DNA of 62,281 bases, filler included. It is 4 parts of 4 records of this genome, joined end to end, with 100 filler letters (N's around TTAATTAATTAA, not from the genome) between each part and the next. Parts side by side here need not be neighbours in the genome. Positions count along the whole stretch, not along the records: positions 13,735 to 45,373 come from SRR20825019_2672; positions 45,474 to 62,281 come from SRR20825019_2678; 2 more parts are not named here. One strand, written 5' to 3'. Of the stretch, positions 37,357-46,181 are shown piece after piece. A program made the translations under genes and the position numbers. Numbering within the stretch: position 1 is the stretch's first letter; each line of letters opens with the position of its first letter. Below the pieces are notes generated by a model that did not search any database, had not been told where the DNA came from, and worked only from the letters and a program-made list of their open reading frames with translations.

Positions 37357-38859
37357 ATGGAAACCAGCGAGACAGTGAGCCTATTGCTTGTCGGTGCCTT
37401 CTGCACGGTCCAGATCGCCTATGCCCTCTCGCAATGGCTTGATCTTTATTTCTTCACCCGCCCGGTCAACTGGGTGGACCCGAATGCGGCGCGCGGCAGG
37501 CCCCCGGAAGACTATCCCTATATCGTGCTGTTCTACCCGGTGCTGCGCGAACTCGAATCCACCATGCGCACCACATTCCTGAGCCTGGCGCAGCTCGAAT
37601 ATCCCAAGGACAAGTTCAGCGTCGTGGCCATTCCCAATGCCGATGACGCCTTCACCGTGCGCTCGCTGCGGCGGCTGCAGAAGGAATTCCCCTTCCTCCA
37701 GATTATTGAAGTGCCGGCCACTTCGCACAAATCCTGGCTGGTGGTGTGGAAGGCCTGGGATCGCTGCAAGAAGGCCTATTGGTGGCATGAGGGCAAGTTC
37801 GCCCAGAACCGCAATCTGCCGCCCAAGAAGACGCGGCAATTGATCTATGCCTTCTACCAGATCGCCGAGCGGGTGATGACCACCCAGGACTTCCTGGTCA
37901 ACTATATCGACGCGGACAGTTGCCCGCCCAGCGACCATTTCCTGGCCGCGGCCGCCGGCATGGGGCAGTATGACGTGCTCCAGGCGCAGAACATCGCGGG
38001 CAATCTCAACGCGAGCTGGGCGGCGAGCTGGCATGCCTTTGACCACATGGCCTGGGACGGCTCGAAATATCCGCATCTCTCGGCCAATGGGAAACACCCC
38101 TATTGGGTGCTGGGCAAAGGGCTGTTCTTCCGCGCCTCGGACCTGATCACGCTGGGCGGCTTCCACCCCTGGCTGACGATCGAGGACCCGGAAGTGGGCA
38201 TGCGCTTCTGGACCAATGGCAAGCGGCTGGGGGTCATTGAAAACCCCTTGATCGAGGAAGTTCCGCTGACCTTTGCGCATGGCATTACCCAGCGCAAGCG
38301 CTGGGTGGCGGGGTTCTTCCAGAGCCTGACCTACCCGCTCAAGGCCATTGGCATGCCCTGGCCGGCCCGCTTCAAGGCGTGGCTGAATTTCCTGCCATGC
38401 CTGTCGCTCTCGCTCAACTCCGTCGGTCTTCCGCTGGGGATCTGGGCCACCTGGTCGGCCTGGACCGGACAGAACATATTGCCCGATTGGGCCATCGTGC
38501 TGTCCCTGGCCAATCTGGTGGTCTTCACCGCGTCGATGAGCGCGCTTTATGTGCGCACCTGGCGCCGCGCGGCGCTGGTCCTGCCCAGGCGCAAGGACCG
38601 TCTACGCTATCTGTGGCGGGTCAATCCGGTCTTTATCCTGGTGTGGTGGCTGATCTGGCTCGTTCCGCTCTGGATCGGCTTCCGCATGTTCCTGCGCAAT
38701 GAGGGCCTGGTATGGGAACGCACCGAGAAGACCGATGCCAACCACGATCTGGTCCGCGTCGCGCGAACCAAAAAATCGCACGCAACGACCCGCCCCGCTG
38801 CCGCCGTCAAATCCAACCAGCCCGCCACCATGGAAGCAGGGGCCGAAAAATCCTCATAA
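37357..38859 (+). CDS. Membrane-integrated processive GT2 glycosyltransferase (CESA-like polysaccharide synthase)
   Basis: One N-terminal TM and about three C-terminal TMs; DAD (YIDADS), ED (TIEDP), QRKRW and terminal WERTEK motifs. Confidence 0.88.
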   Translation: METSETVSLLLVGAFCTVQIAYALSQWLDLYFFTRPVNWVDPNAARGRPPEDYPYIVLFYPVLRELESTMRTTFLSLAQLEYPKDKFSVVAIPNADDAFTVRSLRRLQKEFPFLQIIEVPATSHKSWLVVWKAWDRCKKAYWWHEGKFAQNRNLPPKKTRQLIYAFYQIAERVMTTQDFLVNYIDADSCPPSDHFLAAAAGMGQYDVLQAQNIAGNLNASWAASWHAFDHMAWDGSKYPHLSANGKHPYWVLGKGLFFRASDLITLGGFHPWLTIEDPEVGMRFWTNGKRLGVIENPLIEEVPLTFAHGITQRKRWVAGFFQSLTYPLKAIGMPWPARFKAWLNFLPCLSLSLNSVGLPLGIWATWSAWTGQNILPDWAIVLSLANLVVFTASMSALYVRTWRRAALVLPRRKDRLRYLWRVNPVFILVWWLIWLVPLWIGFRMFLRNEGLVWERTEKTDANHDLVRVARTKKSHATTRPAAAVKSNQPATMEAGAEKSS

Positions 38860-38886
38860 GACGCGTAATGAGTAAGGAGTAACACA

Positions 38887-40026
38887 ATGACGAAAGGACA
38901 CGTTCTGGTCACCGGGGGTGCCGGCTTTATCGGATCTCATCTGGTGGACATGTTGCTGGCCCGGGGGTTCGACGTCACCGTCCTCGATTGCCTGCTGGAC
39001 CAGGTACATGGCGACGCCGAGCGCGATGCCGAGGGTTGGCCGGTCTATCTCAATCCCGCCGCCCGCCGCATCAAAGGCAATATTCTCGATGACGGCGTGT
39101 TCGAGAGCGCCCTTAGCGGCATTACCCATCTGGCCCACCTCGCCGCTTCGGTCGGGGTTGGGCAGAGCATGACCAATATTGTCGATTACACCCGCAACAA
39201 CACCATGGCCGCGGCGATCATGCTCGAAGTGCTGTCGCGTACCGAGCACAGCGTCGAGCGCATGACGGTGGCCTCATCCATGTCGATCTATGGCGAAGGG
39301 CAATATGTCGAGGCCGAGACTGGCCGCCCGGTCATGCCCGATATGCGCGATCACGAACAGTTGCAGGCTCATCACTGGGAGCTGAACAAGGACGGCGCGA
39401 CCCTGCTGCCTGTGCCGACCGACGAGAACAAACTGCTCCAGCCCGCCTCGATCTATGCGGTCAACAAGCGCGACCATGAGGAGATGTTCCTCTCGGTCGG
39501 GCGGGCCCTCAAGATTCCCACCGTGGCGCTCAGGCTGTTCAATGCCTATGGCTCGCGCCAGGCGCTGAGCAATCCCTATACCGGGGTTGCCGCCATCTTC
39601 ATTTCACGCCTGCTCAACGACCAGCCACCCATCATCTTCGAGGATGGGGAGCAGAAGCGTGATTTCGTGCATGTGCTCGATGTGGCCAATGCCTTTGCCA
39701 CCGTGCTCGAAAGCGATCTGGCGGTGTGGGAAACGTGCAATGTCGGCAGCGGGCAGGCGCGGACCGTCAACGAGATTGCGACCACACTGGCTCGGCTGTT
39801 GCGCAAGAATATCGCGCCGACCATTCTCAACCAGTACCGGGTCGGGGATATCCGCCATTGCTTTGCCGATATCAGCAAGCTCGAAAAGCTGTTCGGCATC
39901 CGGCCGACGCAGGAGTTCGAGGCGGGGATGGCGCAGTTGATCGAATGGGTGCAGACGGTGAACCGCCCGCAGGACCGCTCGCAGCAATCGCTGGCCGAGC
40001 TGACCCGCAGCCGATTGGTGGTTTGA
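38887..40026 (+). CDS. NAD-dependent nucleotide-sugar epimerase/dehydratase (extended SDR, WbiB-like)
   Basis: GGAGFIG, SSMSIYGEG, YAVNK, NPYTGV and FEDG.Q.RDFVHV motifs. Confidence 0.88.
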   Translation: MTKGHVLVTGGAGFIGSHLVDMLLARGFDVTVLDCLLDQVHGDAERDAEGWPVYLNPAARRIKGNILDDGVFESALSGITHLAHLAASVGVGQSMTNIVDYTRNNTMAAAIMLEVLSRTEHSVERMTVASSMSIYGEGQYVEAETGRPVMPDMRDHEQLQAHHWELNKDGATLLPVPTDENKLLQPASIYAVNKRDHEEMFLSVGRALKIPTVALRLFNAYGSRQALSNPYTGVAAIFISRLLNDQPPIIFEDGEQKRDFVHVLDVANAFATVLESDLAVWETCNVGSGQARTVNEIATTLARLLRKNIAPTILNQYRVGDIRHCFADISKLEKLFGIRPTQEFEAGMAQLIEWVQTVNRPQDRSQQSLAELTRSRLVV

Positions 40027-40033
40027 GGCGCAG

Positions 40034-40978
40034 TCAGCCCAGCCGGGGGACTTCGGCCAAAAGCGTCCGCCAACGGGCTCCCTCACCCGCCGTCTGCAAT
40101 TGAGCGGCGGCCAGGGCGCTGTCGATGGCGGGACGGGACACCGCCAAACCGGGCAATTGCGCGGTCATGGCCTCGAATATGGCCGGGTGCAGCGTCAGCA
40201 CACCCCCGATGACCGCAACTGGATGCGCGCCGGCCCGGGCCTGCATGGCCTGGGCAAGCAAGGCCAGTTCGGCCCCTGCCTGGCGCAAGATCTCAAGCGC
40301 CAAATCATCGCCCAGTTCGGCGGCCCTGGCGACACCGACGGCCAGAGCCCCGATGCGCCCCCGGTCGCCGGCATAGACATATTGGCGCACATCGTGCCAA
40401 CCCGACCCGCCCACCAGGGCAAAGACCTGATCGGCTAGGATTTGCCGGCTGGCAAACGACCCCGTGTGATCGAGCGTACGATAGAGCCGGTCGAGCGCCT
40501 TGAGCGCAATCCAGCTTCCTGAGCCGGCATCGTCAATGAGAATGCCCCTGCCCCCGACCCTTACGACATCGCCGGCCGCGCCGACATGGATGCCGATGGA
40601 TCCGGTGCCGGCGGAGACCAGATGCCCGGCCCCGGGCTGGAAATGGGCCGCATAGGCCAGAATAATGTCATCCATGAGCAGGATGGCATTGCGCGGCAGG
40701 CCGAGTGCCTGTTGGGCAAGACCAGCAATCTCATCGGCAGCGGCGGCACCGAAGCCGGTCAGGCCGCCGGAGAGGGTTTTGGCCGCAAGGCCATTATGAG
40801 CGATCTCGTCGGCCAGTTGGGTGAACACTGCGGCGAGCCGGGTACGTTCGGCCGGGTTGAACACATGAGCCGTGGCGCCGCCGAGCTGACCGCGCGCCAG
40901 CACGGCGCCCGCCGGATCGCAGGCCACCCAGCGGCTGGCCGTGCCGCCCACGTCGAGCCCGAGATGAACCTGGCTCAC
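40034..40978 (-). CDS. BadF/BadG-type N-acetylhexosamine kinase
   Basis: GLDVGGT, AGTGS and GG.G.LIDD.GSG.WI motifs; GTGA overlap with nanE. Confidence 0.85.
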   Translation of the reverse strand: MSQVHLGLDVGGTASRWVACDPAGAVLARGQLGGATAHVFNPAERTRLAAVFTQLADEIAHNGLAAKTLSGGLTGFGAAAADEIAGLAQQALGLPRNAILLMDDIILAYAAHFQPGAGHLVSAGTGSIGIHVGAAGDVVRVGGRGILIDDAGSGSWIALKALDRLYRTLDHTGSFASRQILADQVFALVGGSGWHDVRQYVYAGDRGRIGALAVGVARAAELGDDLALEILRQAGAELALLAQAMQARAGAHPVAVIGGVLTLHPAIFEAMTAQLPGLAVSRPAIDSALAAAQLQTAGEGARWRTLLAEVPRLG

Positions 40979-41640
40979 CTGGGCACGCCCTCTTTGACAA
41001 ACATGGCGGTGATTTCGCGCGGATTGGTGATCATGGTGCCCACAACAACGGCATGCGCCCCGGCGGCAAAGGCTTGGGCGACAAGCTCGGGCCGATTGTA
41101 GCGCCCTTCGGCTACCACCGGAACATCAAGCCGTGTGGCCAGGGCCTCGAGCAGGGCCAGGTCCGGCTCTTCCGGCTTGGGCTGGGTCTTTTCGGTATAG
41201 CCCGAAAGGGTCGTGGCGACATAATCGGCGCCCCAATCGGCCGCCTTCAAGCCTTCGTCCAGCGTCGAAACATCGGCAAAAACCTCGGCGCCGATCTCTT
41301 CCTGAATGCGCCGAATGAGAACGCTGGGATGTTCGCCATGGCGCGGGCGCTCGGTGCAATCGAGCGCAACAATCCCTGCGCCTGATGCATAGATCGTGGC
41401 AGCGGCCTCGAAATTGGGGGTGATATAGACCGGGACGTCGTCCGCAAACACCTTGTGAATACCGATGACCGGCAGCCCGGCCGCCTGTACGGCCGCAACA
41501 TCCGCGGGACCATTGGCGCGGATGCCCACGGCGCCGCCATCGCGTGCCGCCAGCGCCATGGCGCCCATGAACCGGGGACCGTGCAATGGATTATCGGCTC
41601 GCGCCTGGCAGGAGACGATGAGGCCCGCGGGCAGCTTCAC
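40975..41640 (-). CDS. nanE: N-acetylmannosamine-6-phosphate 2-epimerase
   Basis: LIVSCQA, IRA.G, P.IGI.K, YITP, TTLSGYT, AEGRY and VVG..IT.P motifs; GTG 41640. Confidence 0.92.
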   Translation of the reverse strand: MKLPAGLIVSCQARADNPLHGPRFMGAMALAARDGGAVGIRANGPADVAAVQAAGLPVIGIHKVFADDVPVYITPNFEAAATIYASGAGIVALDCTERPRHGEHPSVLIRRIQEEIGAEVFADVSTLDEGLKAADWGADYVATTLSGYTEKTQPKPEEPDLALLEALATRLDVPVVAEGRYNRPELVAQAFAAGAHAVVVGTMITNPREITAMFVKEGVPR

Positions 41641-42509
41641 TTGACGGCCCCGGAGGTCATGCCGGCGATGAACTGCCGCGACAGGATAATGTAGATCAGG
41701 ATGATCGGCGCGGCAGACAGGGTCAGGCCCGAAAACAGCACGCCCCAATCGGTGGTGTATTCGCCCATGAACGTCGTCAGGCCCTGCGGCAGGGTCTTGA
41801 GATTATCGTTCTGGATGAAGACCAGCGGGAAGAAGAAGTCGTTCCAGATCGGCACGACATTCTGGATGCCGGCAATCACCATGGCGGGCCGCACCAATGG
41901 CAGCATGATCGACCACATGATGCGCGCTTCGGAGGCGCCGTCCATGCGGGCGGCGTCTTCGAGTTCATTGGGCAGGGTGCGGATGAAACCGGTCATGATG
42001 AAGACCGTCGTGGGCAGGCCCATGGCGGTATAGACGAAAATCAGCGAGAGCTGGTTATTGAGGATGGAGAGGTCGCGCATCAGCATGAAGAGCGGAATGA
42101 TGGCGAGCTTCAATGGCAGGGTCAGCCCGGCCAGGAAGAACATCAGGATGAAGTTCGAGCCGGTGAAGGCGTAGCGGCCAATGGCATAGGCGGCCATGGT
42201 GCCCAGGGTCAGGATCAGCGCCATGGAGGCGCCGGTGACGACAAAGGAATTGAGCAGGTAGCGCAGGAAATTGGTCTGCGTCCAGATTTTCACGAAATTG
42301 CCCACTTGCGTGAAATCGGGAATGCCGAAGGGCGACTGGAAGATCTGCGGCGTGGTCTTGAAGGCCGAAAACACCATGATGACGATGGGCGCCAGCATAA
42401 TGATGGTGTTGGCGATCAGGATGATCTGCAACAGCCCGTCGCGACCCAGCGTGCCCAGAATGCCCCTGCGGTCCTGATAGGCCATGGCGGTCGTGGTCGC
42501 GGTGCTCAT
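41637..42509 (-). CDS. Carbohydrate ABC permease
   Basis: EAA motif LPNELEDAARMDGAS; WNDFF.PL. Confidence 0.92.
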   Translation of the reverse strand: MSTATTTAMAYQDRRGILGTLGRDGLLQIILIANTIIMLAPIVIMVFSAFKTTPQIFQSPFGIPDFTQVGNFVKIWTQTNFLRYLLNSFVVTGASMALILTLGTMAAYAIGRYAFTGSNFILMFFLAGLTLPLKLAIIPLFMLMRDLSILNNQLSLIFVYTAMGLPTTVFIMTGFIRTLPNELEDAARMDGASEARIMWSIMLPLVRPAMVIAGIQNVVPIWNDFFFPLVFIQNDNLKTLPQGLTTFMGEYTTDWGVLFSGLTLSAAPIILIYIILSRQFIAGMTSGAVK

Positions 42510-43426
42510 ATCTGAATCTCCCGGGCGCGCAGGCGCACGGTGATGACCGTGGCGATGGCGGCGATGAAGAGGAAAATCAGCACGGCCAGGGCCGAACCGA
42601 GGCCGAAATCCTGCTGGCCGGCAGACACATTGCCAAAGGCCGTGCGGTAGAAATAGAGCCCCAGCACATCGGTCGAGCCAAAGGGCGACCCGTCCAGCCC
42701 ACCCATGATGTAGGGCAGCTCGAACCAGTTGAAGGCGCCCACAAACAGCAGGGTAAACACGATGGTGGCGCTGGGTGCCACGAGCGGCCAGACGATCTGG
42801 GTGATCTTGACCCATTCGCTTTCGGTTTCCATGCGCACGGCGTCGAGGATTTCCCCCGGAATGCGCTGCATGCCGGCCAGAAAGACCAGGGTGGGGAAGC
42901 CCACCATGTGCCAGGCCTGGGCGGCAATGATGCTCCAGAGCGCGGTGCCGCTCTGCCCCAGCCAGGGTTGCGCCAGCCCGTCGAGCCCGAGGCCCCGGAG
43001 GCTGAGGTTCACCACGCCGAACAGCGGGTGATAGAACAGCTTGAACAGATACGCGACGATGATGGTGGAGAGCACCACGGGCAGAAACACCGCAATGCGG
43101 TGGAAGCGAGCACCGGGCAATTCGCGCCAGAGCGCATAGGCCAGGATGAAGCCCAGCCCGTTCTGCAGCACCATCAGCGCGAAAAAGACAATGATGTTGT
43201 TCTTGAAGGCGTTGAGCGTCCAGCTCCGATAGGGCTCGACGAACAGCACGGTGTGGAAATTTTCAAGGCCCACGAAATCGAGGCGCTTCAGGCCCTGCCA
43301 GTCAAAGAAGGCATAGGCGAAGGCCGAAATGATCGGATAGACGATGAACAGCGCCACGAAGGCCAGTGGCGGCACGATCAGCGCAGTAATCCAGAGGCCG
43401 CGGCCTGTCATCCGAAGTTTGGGCAT
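42506..43426 (-). CDS. Carbohydrate ABC permease
   Basis: FVGLENF and FLAGMQRIP motifs; hydrophobic. Confidence 0.92.
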   Translation of the reverse strand: MPKLRMTGRGLWITALIVPPLAFVALFIVYPIISAFAYAFFDWQGLKRLDFVGLENFHTVLFVEPYRSWTLNAFKNNIIVFFALMVLQNGLGFILAYALWRELPGARFHRIAVFLPVVLSTIIVAYLFKLFYHPLFGVVNLSLRGLGLDGLAQPWLGQSGTALWSIIAAQAWHMVGFPTLVFLAGMQRIPGEILDAVRMETESEWVKITQIVWPLVAPSATIVFTLLFVGAFNWFELPYIMGGLDGSPFGSTDVLGLYFYRTAFGNVSAGQQDFGLGSALAVLIFLFIAAIATVITVRLRAREIQI

Positions 43427-43458
43427 TGGGGCTCGCTGTGGCTCTGTTGATCCGGCTT

Positions 43459-43585
43459 CACCCCACCCTCATTCCCTCCCCATCGAGGGGCGGGAGGCAC
43501 AGGGCCGAAACCTTGGTGTTCATCGTCTCCCTTCCCCTTGCAGGGAGGGGTCAAAGGACGGGGGTGGCAGGGACATGCCACCCCC
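43459..43585. repeat. Composite intergenic palindromic element (two inverted CCCTCCCC/GGGGAGGG hairpins) plus a terminator-like hairpin
   Basis: CACCCCACCCTCATTCCCTCCCCATCGAGGGGCGGGAGG...CTCCCTTCCCCTTGCAGGGAGGGGTCAAAGGACGGGGGTG, overlapping GGGGGTGGCA-N6-TGCCACCCCC. Confidence 0.6.
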
Positions 43586-43604
43586 AAGGCGAAGGGAGAC
43601 CGCC

Positions 43605-44846
43605 TTAGTTCTGGAAGGGCTCGTACCAGGCAGCAAGGCCGGTGGTGAGCACTTCACCAATGGCTTCGGGCGTGGTTTCACCGGCAAACAGCTTCTGCAT
43701 TTCGCTCTGGATCAGCACCGAGCCGGATGGCTCGCCATAGCGGAAATGCGCCAGCATCAGATAGGGGATCGAGGACTGATTCAGCTCGGCCACCTCGCCC
43801 AGCAGCGGGTTGTCGAAGGTGACGCCCGGCACGGTCGAGATGTTGTTGAGCGTGTTGGCGAAGGCCTGACCGAATTCCTGGCTGGCCAGGTAGTTGACGA
43901 AGGTGATCGCGGCGTCCTTGTTCGGGGTGGCGGCGTTCACCGCATAGCCACCGTCGAAATAGACGGCCACCAGCTTTTCGTCCTCGGCAGTTTCACCGGG
44001 CGCAGCGAACATGCCCAGCTCGATGTCGGGGTTCTGGGCCATGAAATTGGCCAGCTCGTAGGAGCCGCCGATGAACATGCCGGCCAGGCCCGAGGAGAAG
44101 AGCTGCTGGGCGGAGGGGTAGTCGAGACCGATGAAGCCGTCGGGGAAGTAGTCGGCGGCGACGTCGGCAACAGCGGCCAGTGCCGAGGTGAAGCGCTCGT
44201 CGGTGAAGTCAGCTTCGCCGGCGATCAGTTCCTCGTAGAAGTCCTGACCCATCAGCGAGGAGCCGAGGCCAAAGGTGACAGTTTCGTTCTGCCAGGCGGT
44301 TGCCGTGCCATTGGCGAAAGGAATGACGCCAGCGTCCTTGAGCGACTGGCTCAGGGCTTCCAGATCCGCCCAGCTCTGCGGCTCTTCGAGGCCATTGGCA
44401 TCGAAAATCGCCTTGTTGTAGATGACGAACTGGGTCTGGCTGGCGAAGGGCACAGCATAGATCTGGCCGTCCGCACGCATGCTTTCGGCCGCCAGCGAGG
44501 CCGCGGAGAAATCGGCCAAGGCCGGTACGGTGTCGGTGCTCAGGGGCTCGAGATAGCCGGCCGAAGCCACGTTCTCGAGGCCACCATAGGCGCGCACCAT
44601 CGCCAGGTCCGGCCCAGTGCCACCGGCCAGGGCGGTGGACAGAATTGTGTTGTAATTGGTGGCTTCGAAGGTTTCGAAGTTCACCGTAATACCCGGATTG
44701 GCTGCCTCGAACGTCTCGATGAACTGTTCATAGGCCGCGCGGTCTTCCTGGCGCCAGCTCCACAGGGTCAGGTCCTGGGCGAATGCGGGGGCAGCGACGA
44801 GCACGGCTCCCAGGGCCGCGCCGATGCGTATCAGATTGGTCTTCAT
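43605..44846 (-). CDS. Carbohydrate ABC substrate-binding protein
   Basis: Sec signal; FE..NPGI.V, GPD and DG.IYAVP motifs. Confidence 0.92.
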   Translation of the reverse strand: MKTNLIRIGAALGAVLVAAPAFAQDLTLWSWRQEDRAAYEQFIETFEAANPGITVNFETFEATNYNTILSTALAGGTGPDLAMVRAYGGLENVASAGYLEPLSTDTVPALADFSAASLAAESMRADGQIYAVPFASQTQFVIYNKAIFDANGLEEPQSWADLEALSQSLKDAGVIPFANGTATAWQNETVTFGLGSSLMGQDFYEELIAGEADFTDERFTSALAAVADVAADYFPDGFIGLDYPSAQQLFSSGLAGMFIGGSYELANFMAQNPDIELGMFAAPGETAEDEKLVAVYFDGGYAVNAATPNKDAAITFVNYLASQEFGQAFANTLNNISTVPGVTFDNPLLGEVAELNQSSIPYLMLAHFRYGEPSGSVLIQSEMQKLFAGETTPEAIGEVLTTGLAAWYEPFQN

Positions 44847-44899
44847 GGAGTTCCCTCTCCTTGCGAGTTCTCTTTGGTGGTCGTGTCCCGGCGCCCGGT

Positions 44900-45373
44900 T
44901 CAGGGCGTCAGCCGCCGGCCATCCTCGGCGGAAAAGAAATGCGCGGCGCCCGGCTCGACCGTTACGGTCACCGTTTCGTCCGGCGCAAATAGATCATTGG
45001 GGGTGGTGCGGGCCGAGAGCAGCGTGCCATCGGCCAGCCGGGCATAAACATAGGCGTTGTCGCCCAGATATTCGGTATAAACGACCTCGGCAGCAAAGCC
45101 CTCGGCCTTGCCGCGGGTGAGGTGCACCGCATCGGGCCGCAAGCCCAGCTTGAGCGCCTTTGCATCCGGCACGGCGCCGACAGACACGGCCCCGCCATTG
45201 GCGACACCAAGGCGGTCCCCGTCGCGGGTCACATCGACCAGCGTCATGCGCGGCGAGCCGATGAAGCTGGCAACGAAGGTATTGGCCGGCGTCTCATAGA
45301 GTTCACGCGGCGAGCCGACCTGTTCGATACGGCCATTGTTCATCACCACGATCTTGTCGGCCAGGGTCATGGC
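44900..45373 (-). CDS. Sugar ABC ATP-binding protein (MalK-like), 5' end cut by linker
   Basis: [37 protein letters not shown]-like C-terminus. Confidence 0.92.
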   Translation of the reverse strand, partial: AMTLADKIVVMNNGRIEQVGSPRELYETPANTFVASFIGSPRMTLVDVTRDGDRLGVANGGAVSVGAVPDAKALKLGLRPDAVHLTRGKAEGFAAEVVYTEYLGDNAYVYARLADGTLLSARTTPNDLFAPDETVTVTVEPGAAHFFSAEDGRRLTP

Positions 45374-45473
45374 NNNNNNNNNNNNNNNNNNNNNNNNNNN
45401 NNNNNNNNNNNNNNNNNTTAATTAATTAANNNNNNNNNNNNNNNNNNNNNNNNNNNNNNNNNNNNNNNNNNNN
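45374..45473. other. Artificial contig linker
   Basis: N44-TTAATTAATTAA-N44. Confidence 0.99.
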
Positions 45474-45878
45474 CTTTTCCCAAAAGGCGCGCGGCCACAT
45501 GAATGTCTTGTAATAGAACCCAGCCGCAAAGAAGGGGGACAGCACGTCATTCACCGCAAGCACATCGCAGGACAACGGTCCCACCCGGTTCTGGCTTTTG
45601 GCAACCAGCCCCTCATAAAGCTCGGCGACGGTAGCGCGGGTGTTGGGCTCGCGGCGCGCCCCTTCGCGCAACTCAACCATGGCATTGGGCTCCTCCGACC
45701 CCGCCGCAAACACCCCCCGTGGTCGGTGATATTTAAAGCTGCGGCCCATCAGCCGTACGCCATTGGCCAGAAGCGCCGATGCAAGCGTATCGCCTGGGTG
45801 ACCGGAATAGGTCTTGCCGTCGAAGGTAAAGGAAAGCGAGGTGCCGCGGTCGATCAGACCGCCTGTGATACGGGTCAT
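45474..45878 (-). CDS. soxA: Sarcosine oxidase alpha subunit, 3' end truncated
   Basis: GDTLASALLANG, GRSFKYHRPRG, EEPNA and AGFYYKTFMWP motifs. Confidence 0.95.
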
Positions 45879-46171
45879 GCCGATGGCTCCTGTGTCACAG
45901 TGGGCCGTGCGGCGTCTGTCGCCAGTTCGGCCCCCAGAATTTCATGGGTCAACGTGTTGCGTGTCACCACCAGCCACGAACGGTCGCCTTGTTCGTGAAA
46001 CCAGAGTTCGCGGTGCACACCCGCGGGATTGTCACGCAGGAACACGTAGTCGCAAAAATCGGTCAGGGCCGTCGGGCTGTCGGGGTCCGGGCGCTGCATC
46101 AGGCTGGCATCGCCAAGATACACAAACTCTTCGGCGTCGCGCAGGCCCAGCAGGGGATGGGGGATCAACAT
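45875..46171 (-). CDS. soxD: Sarcosine oxidase delta subunit
   Basis: MLIPHPLLG.RD.EEF.YLG, Y..LRDNPAG...ELW.H and RNT.THEI motifs. Confidence 0.92.
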   Translation of the reverse strand: MLIPHPLLGLRDAEEFVYLGDASLMQRPDPDSPTALTDFCDYVFLRDNPAGVHRELWFHEQGDRSWLVVTRNTLTHEILGAELATDAARPTVTQEPSA

Positions 46172-46181
46172 GTCTTTAACC

